Positions 15,661 to 32,760 of a DNA stretch of 64,000 bases are shown here, one piece after another (position 1 is the stretch's first letter; every line of letters begins with the position of its first letter). Under the pieces are notes generated by a model. The model was not told the DNA's origin, ran no database searches, and saw only the letters and a program-made list of their open reading frames with translations. The stretch is taken from positions 2,294,001 to 2,358,000 of the forward strand of contig JBNRSN020000089.1 in NCBI GenBank assembly GCA_051313645.2, given 5' to 3'. The DNA is from Centroscyllium fabricii. Lineage: Eukaryota. A program made the translations under genes and the position numbers.

Positions 15661-18600
15661 AATGTCCATCTTTTGTACACTACATCAGACAATGTCCATC
15701 TGTGTACAATACATCAGACAATGTCTATCTGTGAAAAATACATCAGACAATGTCCATCTGTGTACAATACATCAGACAATGTCCATCTGTGTACAATACA
15801 TCAGACAATGTCCATCTTGTGTAGAATAGATCAGACAATGTCCATCTGTGTACAATACATCAGACAATGTCCCTCTGTGTACAATAATTCAGACAATGTC
15901 CATCTGTGTACAATACATCCGACAATATCCATCCGTGAACAATACTTCAGACAAAGTCCATCTATGAACAATATATCAGACAATGTCCATCTGTGTACCA
16001 TACATCAGACAATATCTATCTGTGTACAATACATCAGACAATATCCATCTGTGTACAATACATCAGACAATGTCCATCTGTTTACAGTACATCAGAAAAT
16101 ATCCATCTGTGAACAATACATCAGACAATATCCATCTTTGAACAATACATCAGACAATATCCTTCTGTGTACAATACATCTAACAATGTCCATCTGTGAA
16201 CAATAAATCAGACATTATCCATCTATGAACAATACATCAGACAATGTCCATCTCTGAACAATACATCGGACAATGTCCCTCTGTGTACAATACATCAGAC
16301 AGTGTCCATCTTGTGTACAATACATCAGACAATCTCCATTTGTGTACAATACATCAGACAATGTCTATCTGTGAACAATACATCAGACAATATCCATCTG
16401 TGAACAACACATCAGACAATGTCCATCTGTGTACAATATATCAGACAATGTCCAGCTGTGTACAATACATCAGACAATGTCCCTCTGTGTACAATAAATC
16501 AGACAATGTCCGTCTGTGTACAATATATCCGACAATATCCATCTGTGAACAATACTTCAGACAAAGTCCATCTATGAACAATATATCAGACAATGTCCAT
16601 CTGTGTACCATACATCAGACAATATCCATCTGTGTACAATACATCAGACAATATCCATCTGTGTACAATACATCAGACAATGTCCATCTGTTTACAATTC
16701 ATCAGAAAATATCCATCTGTGAACAATACATCAGAAAATATCCATCTTTTTACAATACATCAGACAATATCCTTCTGTGTACAATACATCAGACAGTGTC
16801 CATCTTGTGTACAATACATCAGACAATGTCCATCTGTGTACAATACATCAGACAATGTCTATCTGTGAACAATACATCGGACAATATCCATCTGTGAACA
16901 ATACATCAGACAATGTCCATCTGTGTACAATACATCAGACAATGTCCAGCTGTGTACAATACATCAGGCAATGTCCCTCTGTGTACAATAAATCAGACAA
17001 TGTCCATCTGTGTACAATACATCCGACAATATCCATCTGTGAACAATACTTCAGACAAAGTCCATCTATGAACAATACATCAGACAATGTCCATCTGTGT
17101 ACCATACATCATACAATATCCAAATGTGAACAATACATCAGACAATATCCAACTTTGTACAATACATCAGACAATATCCTTCTGTGTACAATACATCAGT
17201 CAATGTCCATCTGTGAACAATAAATCAGACATTATACATCTATGAACAATACATCAGACAATGTCCATCTGTGAACAATACATCGGACAATGTCCACCTG
17301 TGTACAATATATCAGACAATATCCATCTGTGTACACTACATCAGACAATATCCATCTGTGTACAATACATCAGACAATGTCCATCTGTGTACAATACATC
17401 AGGAAATATCCATCTGCGAACAATACATCAGACAATATCCACCTGTGTACAATTCATCAGACAATATCAATCTGTGTACAATACATCAGACAATGTCCAT
17501 CTGTGATCAATAAATCAGACATTATCCATCTATGAACAATACATCAGACAATATCCATCTGTGAACAATATATCAGACAATGTCCATCTGTGTACAATAC
17601 ATCAGACAATGTCCAGCTGTGTACAATACATCAGACAATGTCCCTCTGCGTACAATAAATCAGACAATGTCCATCTGTGTACAATACATCCGACAATATC
17701 CATCTGTGAACAATAATTCGGACAAAGTCCATCTATGAACAATACATCAGACAATGTCCATCTGTGTACCATACATCAGACAATATCCATCTGTGTACAA
17801 TACATCAGACATTATCCATCTGTGTACAATACATCAGACAATGTCCATCTGTTTACAATTCATCACAAAATATCCATCTGTGAACAATACATCAGACAAT
17901 ATCCATCCTTGTACAATACATCAGACAATATCCTTCTGTGTACAATACATCAGTCAATGTCCATCTGTGAACAATAAATCAGACATTATCCATCTATGAA
18001 CAATACATCAGACAATGTCCATCTGTGAACAATATATCGGAAAATATCCCTCTGTGTACAATACATCAGACAGTTTCCATCTTGTGTACAATACATCAGA
18101 CAATGTCCATCTGTGTACAATACATCAGACAATGTCTATCTGTGAACAATACATCAGACAATGTCCATCTGTGTACAATACATCAGACAATGTCCATCTG
18201 TGTACAATACATCAGACAATGTCCATTTTGTGTACAATACATCAGACAATGTCCATCTGTGTACAATACATCAGACAATGTCCATCTGTGTACAATACAT
18301 CAGACAATGTCCAGCTGTGTACATTAAATCAGACTATGTCCATCTGTGTACAATACATCAGACAATGTCCATCTATGAACAATACAGCAGACAATGTCCA
18401 TATTGTGTACAATACATCAGACAATGTCCATCTGTGTACAATACATCAGACAATATCCATCTGTGTGCAATACATCAGACAATGTCCATCTGTTTACAAT
18501 TCATCAGAAAATATCCATCTGTGAACAATACATCAGACAATATCCATCTTTGTACAATACATCAGACAATATCCTTCTGTGTACAATACATCAGTCAATG

Positions 18601-21360
18601 TCCATCTGTGAACAATAAATCAGACATTATCCATCTATGAACAATACATCAGACAATGTCCATCTGTGAACAATATATCGGAAAATATCCCTCTGTGTAC
18701 AATACATCAGACAGTTTCCATCTTGTGTACAATACATCAGACAATGTCCATCTGTGTACAATACATCAGACAATGTCTATCTGTGAACAATACATCAGAC
18801 AATGTCCATCTGTGTACAATACATCAGACAATGTCCATCTGTGTACAATACATCAGACAATGTCCATCTTGTGTACAATACATCAGACAATGTCCATCTG
18901 TGTACAATACATCAGACAATGTCCATCTGTGTACAATACATCAGACAATGTCCAGCTGTGTACATTAAATCAGACTATGTCCATCTGTGTACAATACATC
19001 AGACAATGTCCATCTATGAACAATACAGCAGACAATGTCCATCTTGTGAACAATACATCAGACAATGTCCATCTGTGTACAATACATCAGACAATGTCCA
19101 GCTGTGTACAATACATCAGACAATGTCCCTCTGTGTACAATAAATCAGACAATGTCCATCTGTGTACAATAAATCCGACAATATCCATCTGTGAACAATA
19201 TTTCAGACAAAGTCCATCTATGAACAATACATCAGACAATGTCCATCTGTGTATCATACATCAGACAATATACATCTGTGAACAGTTCATCAGAAAATAT
19301 CAATCTGTGTACAATATATCAGACAATGTCCATCTGTGTACGATACATCAGACAATGTTCATCTCTGTACAACACATCAGACAATGTCCATCTGTGTACA
19401 ATACATCAGACAATATCCATCTATGAACAATACTTCACACAATGTCCATCTGTGTACAATACATCAGACAATGTCCATCTGTGAACAATACATCAGACAA
19501 TATCCATCTGTGAACAATATTTCAGACAAAGTCCATCTATGAACAATACATCAGACAATGTCCACCTGTGTACAATACATCAGACAATATACATCTGTGA
19601 ACAATACATCAAACAATATCCATCTGTGTACACTACATCAGACAATATCCATCTGTGTACAATACATCAGACAATGTCCATCTGTGTACAATACATCAGG
19701 AAATATGCATCTGTGAACAATACATCAGACAATATCCACCTGTGTACAATACATCAGACAATATCAATCTGTGTACAATACATCAGACAATGTCCATCTG
19801 TGAACAATAAACCAGACATTATCCATCTATGAACAATACATCAGACAATATCCATCTGTGAACAATACATCAGACAATGTCCCTCTGTGTACAATACATC
19901 AGACAATGTCCATCTTTTGTACACTACATCAGACAATGTCCATCTGTGTACAATACATCAGACAATGTCTATCTGTGAAAAATACATCAGACAATGTCCA
20001 TCTGTGTACAATACATCAGACAATGTCCATCTGTGTACAATACATCAGACAATGTCCATCTTGTGTAGAATAGATCAGACAATATCCATCTGTGTACAAT
20101 ACATCAGACAATGTCCCTCTGTGTACAATAATTCAGACAATGTCCATCTGTGTACAATACATCCGACAATATCCATCCGTGAACAATACTTCAGACAAAG
20201 TCCATCTATGAACAATATATCAGACAATGTCCATCTGTGTACCATACATCAGACAATATCTATCTGTGTACAATACATCAGACAATATCCATCTGTGTAC
20301 AATACATCAGACAATGTCCATCTGTTTACAGTACATCAGAAAATATCCATCTGTGAACAATACATCAGACAATATCCATCTTTGAACAATACATCAGACA
20401 ATATCCTTCTGTGTACAATACATCTAACAATGTCCATCTGTGAACAATAAATCAGACATTATCCATCTATGAACAATACATCAGACAATGTCCATCTGTG
20501 AACAATACATCGGACAATGTCCCTCTGTGTACAATACATCAGACAGTGTCCATCTTGTGTACAATACATCAGACAATGTCCATTTGTGTACAATACATCA
20601 GACAATGTCTATCTGTGAACAATACATCAGACAATATCCATCTGTGAACAACACATCAGACAATGTCCATCTGTGTACAATATATCAGACAATGTCCAGC
20701 TGTGTTCAATACATCAGACAATGTCCCTCTGTGTACAATAAATCAGACAATGTCCGTCTGTGTACAATATATCCGACAATATCCATCTGTGAACAATACT
20801 TCAGACAAAGTCCATCTATGAACAATATATCAGACAATGTCCATCTGTGTACCATACATCAGACAATATCCATGTGTGTACAATACTTCAGACAATATCC
20901 ATCTGTGTACAATACATCAGACAATGTCCATCTGTTTACAATTCATCAGAAAATATCCATCTGTGAACAATACATCAGAAAATATCCATCTTTGTACAAT
21001 ACATCAGACAATATCCTTCTGTGTACAATACATCAGACAGTGTCCATCTTGTGTACAATACATCAGACAATGTCCATCTGTGTACAATACATCAGACAAT
21101 GTCTATCTGTGAACAATACATCGGACAATATCCATCTGTGAACAATACATCAGACAATGTCCATCTGTGTACAATACATCAGACAATGTCCAGCTGTGTA
21201 CAATACATCAGGCAATGTCCCTCTGTGTACAATAAATCAGACAATGTCCATCTGTGTACAATACATCCGACAATATCCATCTGTGAACAATACTTCAGAC
21301 AAAGTCCATCTATGAACAATACATCAGACAATGTCCATCTGTGTACCATACATCATACAA
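13130..21360 (+). repeat. Tandem block duplication, offset 4244 bp (3981 bp upstream of the 263-bp difference)
   Basis: ORF pairs 13280/17261, 13754/17735 and 14034/18015 are offset by 3981, and 14995/19239, 15614/19858, 16244/20488 and 16777/21021 by 4244. The private variant CATCTAACAATG occurs at ~16180 and ~20424. Confidence 0.88.
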
Positions 21361-24300
21361 TATCCATCTGTGTAGAATACATCAGACTATATCCATCTGT
21401 GTACAATACATCAGACAATGTCCATCTGTTTACAATTCATCAGAAAATATCCATCTGTGAACAATACATCAGACAATATCCATCTTTGTACAATACATCA
21501 GACAATATCCTTCTGTGTACATTACATCAGTCAATGTCCATCTGTGAACAATAAATCAGACATTATCCATCTATGAACAATACATCAGACAATGTCCATC
21601 TGTGAACAATACATCGGACAATGTCCCTCTGTTTACAATACATCAGACAGTGTCCATCTTGTGTACAATACATCAGACAATGTCCATCTGTGTACAATAC
21701 ATCAGACAATGTCTACCTGTGAACAATACATCAGACAATGTCCATCTGTGTACAATACATCAGACAATGTCCATCTGTGTACAATACATCAGAAAATGTC
21801 CATCTTGTGTACAATACATCAGACAATGTCCATCTGTGTACAATACATCAGACAATGTCCATCTGTGTACAATACATCAGACAATGTCCACCTGTGTACA
21901 ATAAATCAGACTATGTCCATCTGTGTACAATACATCCGAAAATGTCCATTTATGTACAATAAAGCAGACAATGTCCGTCTTGTGTACAATACATCAGACA
22001 ATGTCCATCTGTGTACAATACATCAGACAATGTCCAGCTGTGTAAAATACATCAGACAATGTCCCTCTGTGTACAATAAATCAGACAATGTCCATCTGTG
22101 TACAATAAATCCGACAATATCCATCTGTGAACAATACTTCAGACAAAGTCCATCTATGAACAATACATCAGACAATGTCCATCTGTGTATCATACATCAG
22201 ACAATATCCATCTGTGAACAATTCATCAGAAAATATCAATCTGTGTACAATACATCAGACAATGTCCATCTGTGTACGATACATCAGACAATGTTCATCT
22301 CTGTACAACACATCAGACAATGTCCATCTGTGTACAATACATCAGACAATATCCATCTATGAACAATACTTCAGACAATGTCCATCTGTGTACAATACAT
22401 CAGACAATGTCTATCTGTGAACAATACTTCAGACAATGTCCATCTGTGTACAATACATCAGACAATGTCCATCTGTGAGCAATACATCAGACAATGTCCA
22501 TCTGTGTACAATACATCAGACACTGTCCATCTTGTGTACAATACATTAGACAATGTCGATCTGTGAACAATACATCAGACAATATCCATCTGTGAACAAA
22601 ACTTCAGACAAAGTCCATCTATGAACAATACATCAGACAATGTCCACCTGTGTGCAATACATCAGACAATATACATCTGTGAACAATACATCAAACAATA
22701 TCCATCTGTGAACACTACATCAGACAATATCCATCTGTGTACAATACATCAGACAATGTCCATCTGTGTACAATACATCAGGAAATATCCATCTGTGAAC
22801 AATACATCAGACAATATCCACCTGTGTACAATACATCAGACAATATCAATCTGTGTACAATACATCAGACAATGTCCATCTGTGAACAATTAACCAGATA
22901 TTATCCATCTATGAACAATACATCAGACAATATCCATCTGTGAACAATACATCAGACAATGTCCCTCTATGTACAATACATCAGACAATGTCCATCTTGT
23001 GTACAATACATCAGACAATGTCCATCTGTGTACAATACATCAGACAATGTCTATCTGTGAAAAATACATCAGACAATGTCCATCTGTGTACAATAAATCA
23101 GACAATGTCCATCTGTGTACAATACATCAGACAATGTCCATTTTGTGTAGAATAGATCAGACAATGTCCATCTGTGTACAATATATCAGACAATGTCCAG
23201 CTGTGTACAATACATCAGACAATGTCCCTCTGTGTACAATAAATCAGACAATGTCCATCTGTGTACAATACATCCGACAATATCAATCCGTGAACAATAC
23301 TTCAGACAAAGTCCATCTATGAACAATATATCAGACAATGTCCATCTGTGTACCATACATCAGAAAATATCCATCTGTGTACAATACATCAGACAATATC
23401 CATCTGTGTACAATACATCAGACAATGTCCATCTGTTTACAGTACATCAGAAAATATCCATCTGTGAACAATTCATCAGACAATATCCATTTTTGTACAA
23501 TACATCAGACAATATCCTTCTGTGTACAATACATCTGTCAATGTCCATCTGTGAACAATAAATCAGACATTATCCATCTATGAATAATACATCAGACAAT
23601 GTCCATCTGTGAACAATACATCGGACAATGTCCCTCTGTGTACAATACATCAGACAGTGTCCATCTTGTGTACAATACATCAGACAATGTCCATCTGTGT
23701 ACAATACATCAGACAATGTCTATCTGTGAACAATACATCAGACAATATCCATCAGTGAACAACACATCAGACAATGTCCATCTGTGTACAATATATCAGA
23801 CAATGTCCAGCTGTGTACAATACATCAGAGAATGTCCCTCTGTGTACAATAAATCAGACAATGTCCGTCTGTGTACAATGCATCCGACAATATCCATCTG
23901 TGAACAATACTTCAGACAAAGTCCATCTATGAACAATACATCAGACAATGTCCATCTGTGTACCATACATCAGACAATATCCATCTGTGTACAATACATC
24001 AGACAATATCCATCTGTGTACAATACATCAGACAATGTCCATCTGTTTAGAATTCATCAGAAAATATCCATCTGTGAACAATACATCAGACAATATCCAT
24101 CTTTGTACAATACATCAGACAATATCCTTCTGTGTACAATACATCAGTCAATATCCATCTGTGAACAATAAATCAGACATTATCCATCTATGAAAAATAC
24201 ATCAGACAATGTCCATCTGTGAACAATACATCGGACAATGTCCCTCTGTGTACAATACATCAGACAGTGTCCATCTTGTGTACAATACATCAGACAATGT

Positions 24301-27300
24301 CCATCTGTGTACAATACATCAGACAATGTCTATCTGTGAACAATACATCAGACAATGTCCATCTGTGTACAATACATCAGACAATGTCCATCTGTGTACA
24401 ATACATCAGACAATGTCCATCTTGTGTACAATACATCAGACAATGTCCATCTGTGTACAATACATCAGACAATGTCAATCTGTGTACAATACATCAGACA
24501 ATGTCCATCTGTGTACAATAAATCAGACTATGTCCCTCTTTGTACAATACATCAGACAATGTCCATCTGTGTACAATACATCAGACAATGTCCATTTGTG
24601 TACAATACATCCGACAATATCCATCCGTGAACAATACTTCAGACAAAGTCCATCTATGAACAATACATCAGACAATGTCCATCAGTGTACCATACATCAG
24701 ACAATATCCATCTGTGTACAATACATCAGACAATATCCATCTGTGTACAATACATCAGACAATGTCATTCTGTTTACAGTACATCAGAAAATATCCATCT
24801 CTGAACAATACATCAGACAATATCCATCTTTGTACAAAACTTCAGACAATATCCTTCTGTGTACAATACATCAGTCAATGTACATCTGTGAACAATAAAT
24901 CAGACATTATCCATCTATGAGCAATACATCAGACAATGTCCATCTGTGAACAATACATCGGACAATGTCCCTCTGTGTACAATACATCAGACAGTGTCCA
25001 TCTTGTGTACAATACATCAGACAATGTCCATCTGTGTACAATACATCAGACAATGTCTATCTGTGAACAATACATCAGACAATATCCATCTGTGAACAAT
25101 ACATTATACAATGTCCATCTGTGTACAATACATCGGACAATGTCGAGCTGTGTACAATACATCAGACAATGTCCCACTGTGTACAATAAATCAGACAATG
25201 TCCATCTGTGTACAATACATCCGACAATATCCATCTGTGAACAATACTTCAGACAAAGTCCATCTATGAACAATACATCAGACAATGTCCATCTGTGTAC
25301 CATACATCAGACAATATCCATCTGTGTACAATACATCAGACAATATCCATCTGTGTACAATACATCAGACAATGTCCATCTGTTTACAATTCATCAGAAA
25401 ATATCCAACTGTGAACAATACCTCAGACAATATCCAACTTTGTACAATACATCAGACAATATCCTTCTGTGTACAATACATCAGTCAATGTCCATCTGTG
25501 AACAATAAATGAGACATTATACATCTATGAACAATACATCAGACAATGTCCATCTGTGAACAATACATCGGACAATGTCCCTCTGTGTACAATACATCAG
25601 ACAGTGTCCATCTTGTGTACAATACATCAGACAATGTCCATCTGTGTACAATACATCAGACAATGTCAATCTGTGAACAATACATCAGACAATATCCATC
25701 TGTGAACAATGCATCAGACAATGTCCATCTGTGTACAATACATCAGACAATGTCCAGCTGTGTACAATACATCAGACAATGTCCCTCTGTGTACAATAAA
25801 TCAGACAATGTCCATCTGTGTACAATACATCCGACAATATCCATCTGTGAACAATACTTCAGACAAAGTCCATCTATGAACATTACATCAGACAATGTCC
25901 ATCTGTGTACCATACATCAGACAATATCCATCTGTGTACAATACATCAGACAATATCCATCTGTGTACAATAAATCAGACAATGTCCATCTGTTTACAAT
26001 TCATCAGAAAATACCCAACTGTGAACAATACATCAGACAATATCCAACTTTGTACAATACATCAGACAATATCCTTCTGTGTACAATAAATCATTCAATG
26101 TCCATCTGTGAACAATAAATCAGACATTATACATCTATGAACAATACATCAGACAATGTCCATCTGTGAACAATACATCGGACAATGTCCACCTGTGTAC
26201 AATATATCAGACAATATCCATCTGTGTACACTACATCAGACAATATCCATCTGTGTACAATACATCAGACAATGTCCATCTGTGTACAATACATCAGGAA
26301 ATATCCATCTGCGAACAATACATCAGACAATATCCACCTGTGTACAATTCATCAGACAATATCAATCTGTGTACAATACATCAGACAATGTCCATCTGTG
26401 AGCAATAAATCAGACATTATCCATCTATGAACAATACATCAGACAATATCCATCTGTGAACAATACATCAGACAATGTCCATCTGTGTACAATACATCAG
26501 ACAATGTCCAGCTGTGTACAATACATCAGACAATGTCCCTCTGCGTACAATAAATCAGACAATGTCCATGTGTGTACAATACATCCGACAATATCCATCT
26601 GTGAACAATAATTCGGACAAAGTCCATCTATGAACAATACATCAGACAATGTCCATCTGTGTACCATACATCAGACAATATCCATCTGTGTACAATACAT
26701 CAGACAATATCCATCTGTGTACAATACATCAGACAATGTCCATCTGTTTACAATTCATCAGAAAATATCCATCTGTGAACAATACATCAGACAATATCCA
26801 TCTTTGTACAATACATCAGACAATATCCTTCTGTGTACAATACATCAGTCAATGTCCATCTCTGAACAAGATATCGGAAAATATCCCTCTGTGTACAATA
26901 CATCAGACAGTTTCCATCTTGTGTACAATACATCAGACAATGTCCATCTGTGTACAATACATCAGACAATGTCTATCTGTGAACAATACATCAGACAATG
27001 TCCATCTGTGTACAATACATCAGACAATGTCCATCTGTGTACAATACATCAGACAATGTCCATCTTGTGTACAATACATCAGACAATGTCCATCTGTGTA
27101 CAATACATCAGACAATGTCCATCTGTGTACAATACATCAGACAGTGTCCAGCTGTGTACATTAAATCAGACTATGTCCATCTGTGTACAATACATCAGAC
27201 AATGTCCATCTATGAACAATACAGCAGACAATGTCCATCTTGTGTACAATACATCAGACAATGTCCATCTGTGTACAATACATCAGACAATGTCCCTCTG

Positions 27301-30300
27301 TGTACAATAAATCAGACAATGTCCATCTGTGTACAATAAATCCGACAATATCCATCTGTGAACAATATTTCAGACAAAGTCCATCTATGAACAATACATC
27401 AGACAATGTCCATCTGTGTATCATACATCAGACAATATACATCTGTGAACAATTCATCAGAAAATATCAATCTGTGTACAATATATCAGACAATGTCCAT
27501 CTGTGTACGATACATCAGACAATGTTCATCTCTGTACAACACATCAGACAATGTCCATCTGTGTACAATACATCAGACAATATCCATCTATGAACAATAA
27601 TTCAGACAATGTCCATCTGTGTACAATACATCAGACAATGTCCATCTGTGAACAATACATCAGACAATATCCATCTGTGAACAATATTTCAGACAAAGTC
27701 CATCTATGAACAATACATCAGACAATGTCCACCTGTGTACAATACATCAGACAATATACATCTGTGAACAATACATTAAACAATATCCATCTGTGTACAC
27801 TACATCAGACAATATCCATCTGTGTACAATACATCAGACAATGTCCATCCGTGTACAATACATCAGGAAATATCCATCTGTGAACAATACATCAGACAAT
27901 ATCCACCTGTGTACAATACATCAGACAATATCAATCTGTGTACAATACATCAGACAATGTCCATCTGTGAACAATAAACCAGACATTATCCATCTATGAA
28001 CAATACATCAGACAATATCCATCTGTGAACAATACATCAGACAATGTCCCTCTGTGTACAATACATCAGACAATGTCCATCTTTTGTACACTAAATCAGA
28101 CAATGTCCATCTGTGTACAATACATCAGACAATGTCTATCTGTGAAAAATACATCAGACAATGTCCATCTGTGTACAATACATCAGACAATGTCCATCTG
28201 TGTACAATACATCAGACAATGTCCATCTTGTGTAGAATAGATCAGACAATGTCCATCTGTGTACAATACATCAGACAATGTCCCTCTGTGTACAATAATT
28301 CAGACAATGTCCATCTGTGTACAATACATCCGACAATATCCATCCGTGAACAATACTTCAGACAATGTCCATCTATGAGCAATATATCAGACAATGTCCA
28401 TCTGTGTACCATACATCAGATAATATCTATCTGTGTACAATACATCAGACAATATCCATCTGTGTACAATACATCAGACAATGTCCATCTGTTTACAGTA
28501 CATCAGAAAATATCCATCTGTGAACAATACATCAGACAATATCCATCTTTGTACAATACATCAGACAATATCCTTCTGTGTACAATACATCTATCAATGT
28601 CCATCTGTGAACAATAAATCAGACATTATCCATCTATGAACAATACATCAGACAATGTCCATCTGTGAACAATACATCGGAAAATGTCCCTCTGTGTACA
28701 ATACATCAGACAGTGTCCATCTTGTGTACAATACTTCAGACAATGTCCATTTGTGTACAATACATCAGACAATGTCTATCTGTGAACAATACATCAGACA
28801 ATATCCATCTGTGAACAACACATCAGATAATGTCCATCTGTGTACAATATATCAGACAATGTCCAGCTGTGTACAATACATCAGACAATGTCCCTCTGTG
28901 TACAATAAATCAGACAATGTCCGTCTGTGTACAATATATCCGACAATATCCATCTGTGAACAATACTTCAGACAAAGTCCATCTATGAACAATATATCGG
29001 ACAATGTCCATCTGTGTACCATACATCAGACAATATCCATCTGTGTACAATACATCAGACAATATCCATCTGTGTACAAAACATCAGACAATGTCCATCT
29101 GTTTACAATTCATCAGAAAATATCCATCTGTGAACAATACATCAGAAAATATCCATCTTTGTACAATACATCAGACAATATCCTTCTGTGTACAATACAT
29201 CAGACAGTGTCCATCTTGTGTACAATACATCAGACAATGTCCATCTGTGTACAATACATCAGACAATGTCTATCTGTGAACAATACATCGGACAATATCC
29301 ATCTGTGAACAATACATCAGACAATGTCCATCTGTGTACAATACATCAGACAATGTCCAGCTGTGTACAATACATCAGGCAATGTCCCTCTGTGTACAAT
29401 AAATCAGACAATGTCCATCTGTGTACAATACATCCGACAATATCCATCTGTGAACAATATTTCAGACAAAGTCCATCTATGAACAATACATCAGACAATG
29501 TCCATCTGTGTACCATACATCATACAATATCCATCTGTGTACAATACATCAGACTCTATCCATCTGTGTACAATACATCAGACAATGTCCATCTGTTTAC
29601 AATTCATCAGAAAATATCCATCTGTGAACAATACATCAGACAATATCCATCTTTGTACAATACATCAGACAATATCCTTCTGTGTACAATACATCAGTCA
29701 ATGTCCATCTGTGAACAATAAATCAGACATTATCCATCTATGAACAATACATCAGACAATGTCCATCTGTGAACAATACATCGGACAATGTCCCTCTGTT
29801 TACAATACATCAGACAGTGTCCATCTTGTGTACAATACATCAGACAATGTCCATCTGTGTACAATACATCAGACAATGTCTATCTGTGAACAATACATCA
29901 GACAATGTCCATCTGTGTACAATACATCAGACAATGTCCATCTGTGTACAATACATCAGAAAATGTCCATCTTGTGTACAATACATCAGACAATGTCCAT
30001 CTGTGTACAATACATCAGACAATGACCATCTGTGTACAATACATCAGACAATGTCCATCTGTGTACAATAAATCAGACTATGTCCATCTGTGTACAATAC
30101 ATCAGAAAATGTCCATCTATGAACAATAAAGCAGACAATGTCCATCCTGTGTACAATACATCAAACAATGTCCATCTGTGTACAATACATCAGACAATGT
30201 CCAGCTGTGTACAATACATCAGACAATGTCCCTCTGTGTACAATAAATCAGACAATGTCCATCTGTGTACAATAAATCCGACAATATCCATCTGTGAACA

Positions 30301-32760
30301 ATACTTCAGACAAAGTCCATCTATGAACAATACATCAGACAATGTCCATCTGTGTATCATACATCAGACAATATCCATCTGTGAACAATTCATCAGAAAA
30401 TATCAATCTGTGTACAATACATCAGACAATGTCCATCTGTGTACGATACATCAGACAATGTTCATCTCTGTACAACACATGAGACAATGTCCATCTGTGT
30501 ACAATACATCAGACAATATCCATCTATGAACAATACTTCAGACAATGTCCATCTGTGTACAATACATCAGAAAATGTCTATCTGTGAACAATACTTCAGA
30601 CAATGTCCATCTGTGTACAATACATCAGACAATGTCCATCTGTGAGCAATACATCAGACAATGTCCATCTGTGTACAATACATCAGACACTGTCCATCTT
30701 GTGTACAATACATTAGACAATGTCGATCTGTGAACAATGCATCAGACAATATCCATCTGTGAACAAAACTTCAGACAAAGTCCATCTATGAACAATACAT
30801 CAGACAATGTCCACCTGTGTGCAATACATCAGACAATATACATCTGTGAACAATACATCAAACAATAACCATCTGTGTACACTACATCAGACAATATCCA
30901 TCTGTGTACAATACATCAGACAATGTCCATCTGTGTACAATACATCAGGAAATATCCATCTGTGAACAATACATCAGACAATATCCACCTGTGTACAATA
31001 CATCAGACAATATCAATCTGTGTACAATACATCAGACAATGTCCATCTGTGAACAATTAACCAGATATTATCCATCTATGAACAATACATCAGACAATAT
31101 CCATCTGTGAACAATACATCAGACAATGTCCCTCTATGTACAATACATCAGACAATGTCCATCTTGTGTACAATACATCAGACAATGTCCATCTGTGTAC
31201 AATACATTAGACAATGTCTATCTGTGAAAAATACATCAGACAATGTCCATCTGTGTACAATACATCAGACAATGTCCATCTGTTTACAATATATCAGACA
31301 ATGTCCATCTTGTGTAGAATAGATCAGACAATGTCCATCTGTGAACAATATATCAGACAATGTCCAGCTGTGTACAATACATCAGACAATGTCCCTCTGT
31401 GTGCAATAAATCAAACAATGTCCATCTGTGTACAATACATCCGACAATATCAATCCGTGAACAATACTTCAGACAAAGTCCATCTATGAACAATATATCA
31501 GACAATGTCCATCTGTGTACCATACATCAGACAATATCCATCTGTGTACAATACATCAGACAATATCGATCTGTGTACAATACATCAGACAATGTCCATC
31601 TGTTTACAGTACATCAGAAAATATCCATCTGTGAACAATACATCAGACAATATCCATCTTTGTACAATACATCAGACAATATCCTTCTGTGTACAATACA
31701 TCTGTCAATGTCCATCTGTGAACAATAAATCAGACATTATCCATCTATGAATAATACATCAGACAATGTCCATCTGTGAACAATACATCGGACAATGTCC
31801 CTCTGTGTACAATACATCAGACAGTGTCCATCATGTGTACAATACATCAGACAATGTCCATCTGTGTACAATACATCAGACAATGTCTATCTGTGAACAA
31901 TACATCAGACAATATCCATCTGTGAACAACACATCAGACAATGTCCATCTGTGTACAATATATCAGACAATGTCCAGCTGTGTACAATACATCAGACAAT
32001 GTCCCTCTGTGTACAATAAATCAGACAATGTCCATCTGTGTACAATGCATCCGACAATATCCATCTGTGAACAATACTTCAGACAAAGTCCATCTATGAA
32101 CAATACATCAGACAATGTCCATCTGTGTACCATATATCAGACAATATCCATCTGTGTACAATACATCAGACAATATCCATCTGTGTGCAATACATCAGAC
32201 AATATCCATCTGTTTACAATTCATCAGAAAATATCCATCTGTGAACAATACATCAGACAATATCCATCTTTGTACAATACATCAGACAATATCCTTCTGT
32301 GTACAATACATCAGTCAATGTGCATCTGTGAACAATAAATCAGACATTATCCATCTATGAACAATACATCAGACAATGTCCATCTGTGAACAATACATCG
32401 GACAATGTCCCTCTGTGTACAATACATCAGACAGTGTCCATCTTGTGTACAATACATCAGACAATGTCCATCTGTGTACAATACATCAGAAAATGTCTAT
32501 CTGTGAACAATACATCAGACAATGTCCATCTGTGTACAAAACATCAGACAATGTCCATCTGTGTACAATACATCAGACAATGTACATCTTGTGTACAATA
32601 CATCAGACAATGTCCATCTGTGTACAATACATCAGACAATGTCAATCTGTGTACAATATATCAGACAATGTCCATCTGTGTACAATAAATCAGACTATGT
32701 CCCTCTTTGTACAATACATCAGACAATGTCCATCTGTGTACAATACATCAGACAATGTCC
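19100..32760 (+). repeat. Block repeat, offset 8167 bp (~19.1-24.6 kb vs ~27.3-32.8 kb)
   Basis: ORF pairs 19239/27406, 19858/28025, 20488/28655, 21592/29759, 22940/31107 and 24209/32376 all have offset 8167. The marker AATTAACCAGATATTA is at 22888 and 31055. Confidence 0.88.
24930..26160 (+). repeat. Adjacent duplication of the 610-bp (21-monomer) unit
   Basis: ORF starts fall at 24936, 25546 and 26156. Rare variants CCAACT (25405/26015) and CATTATACATC (~25515/26125) recur at 610 bp = 20x29 + 30. Confidence 0.88.
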
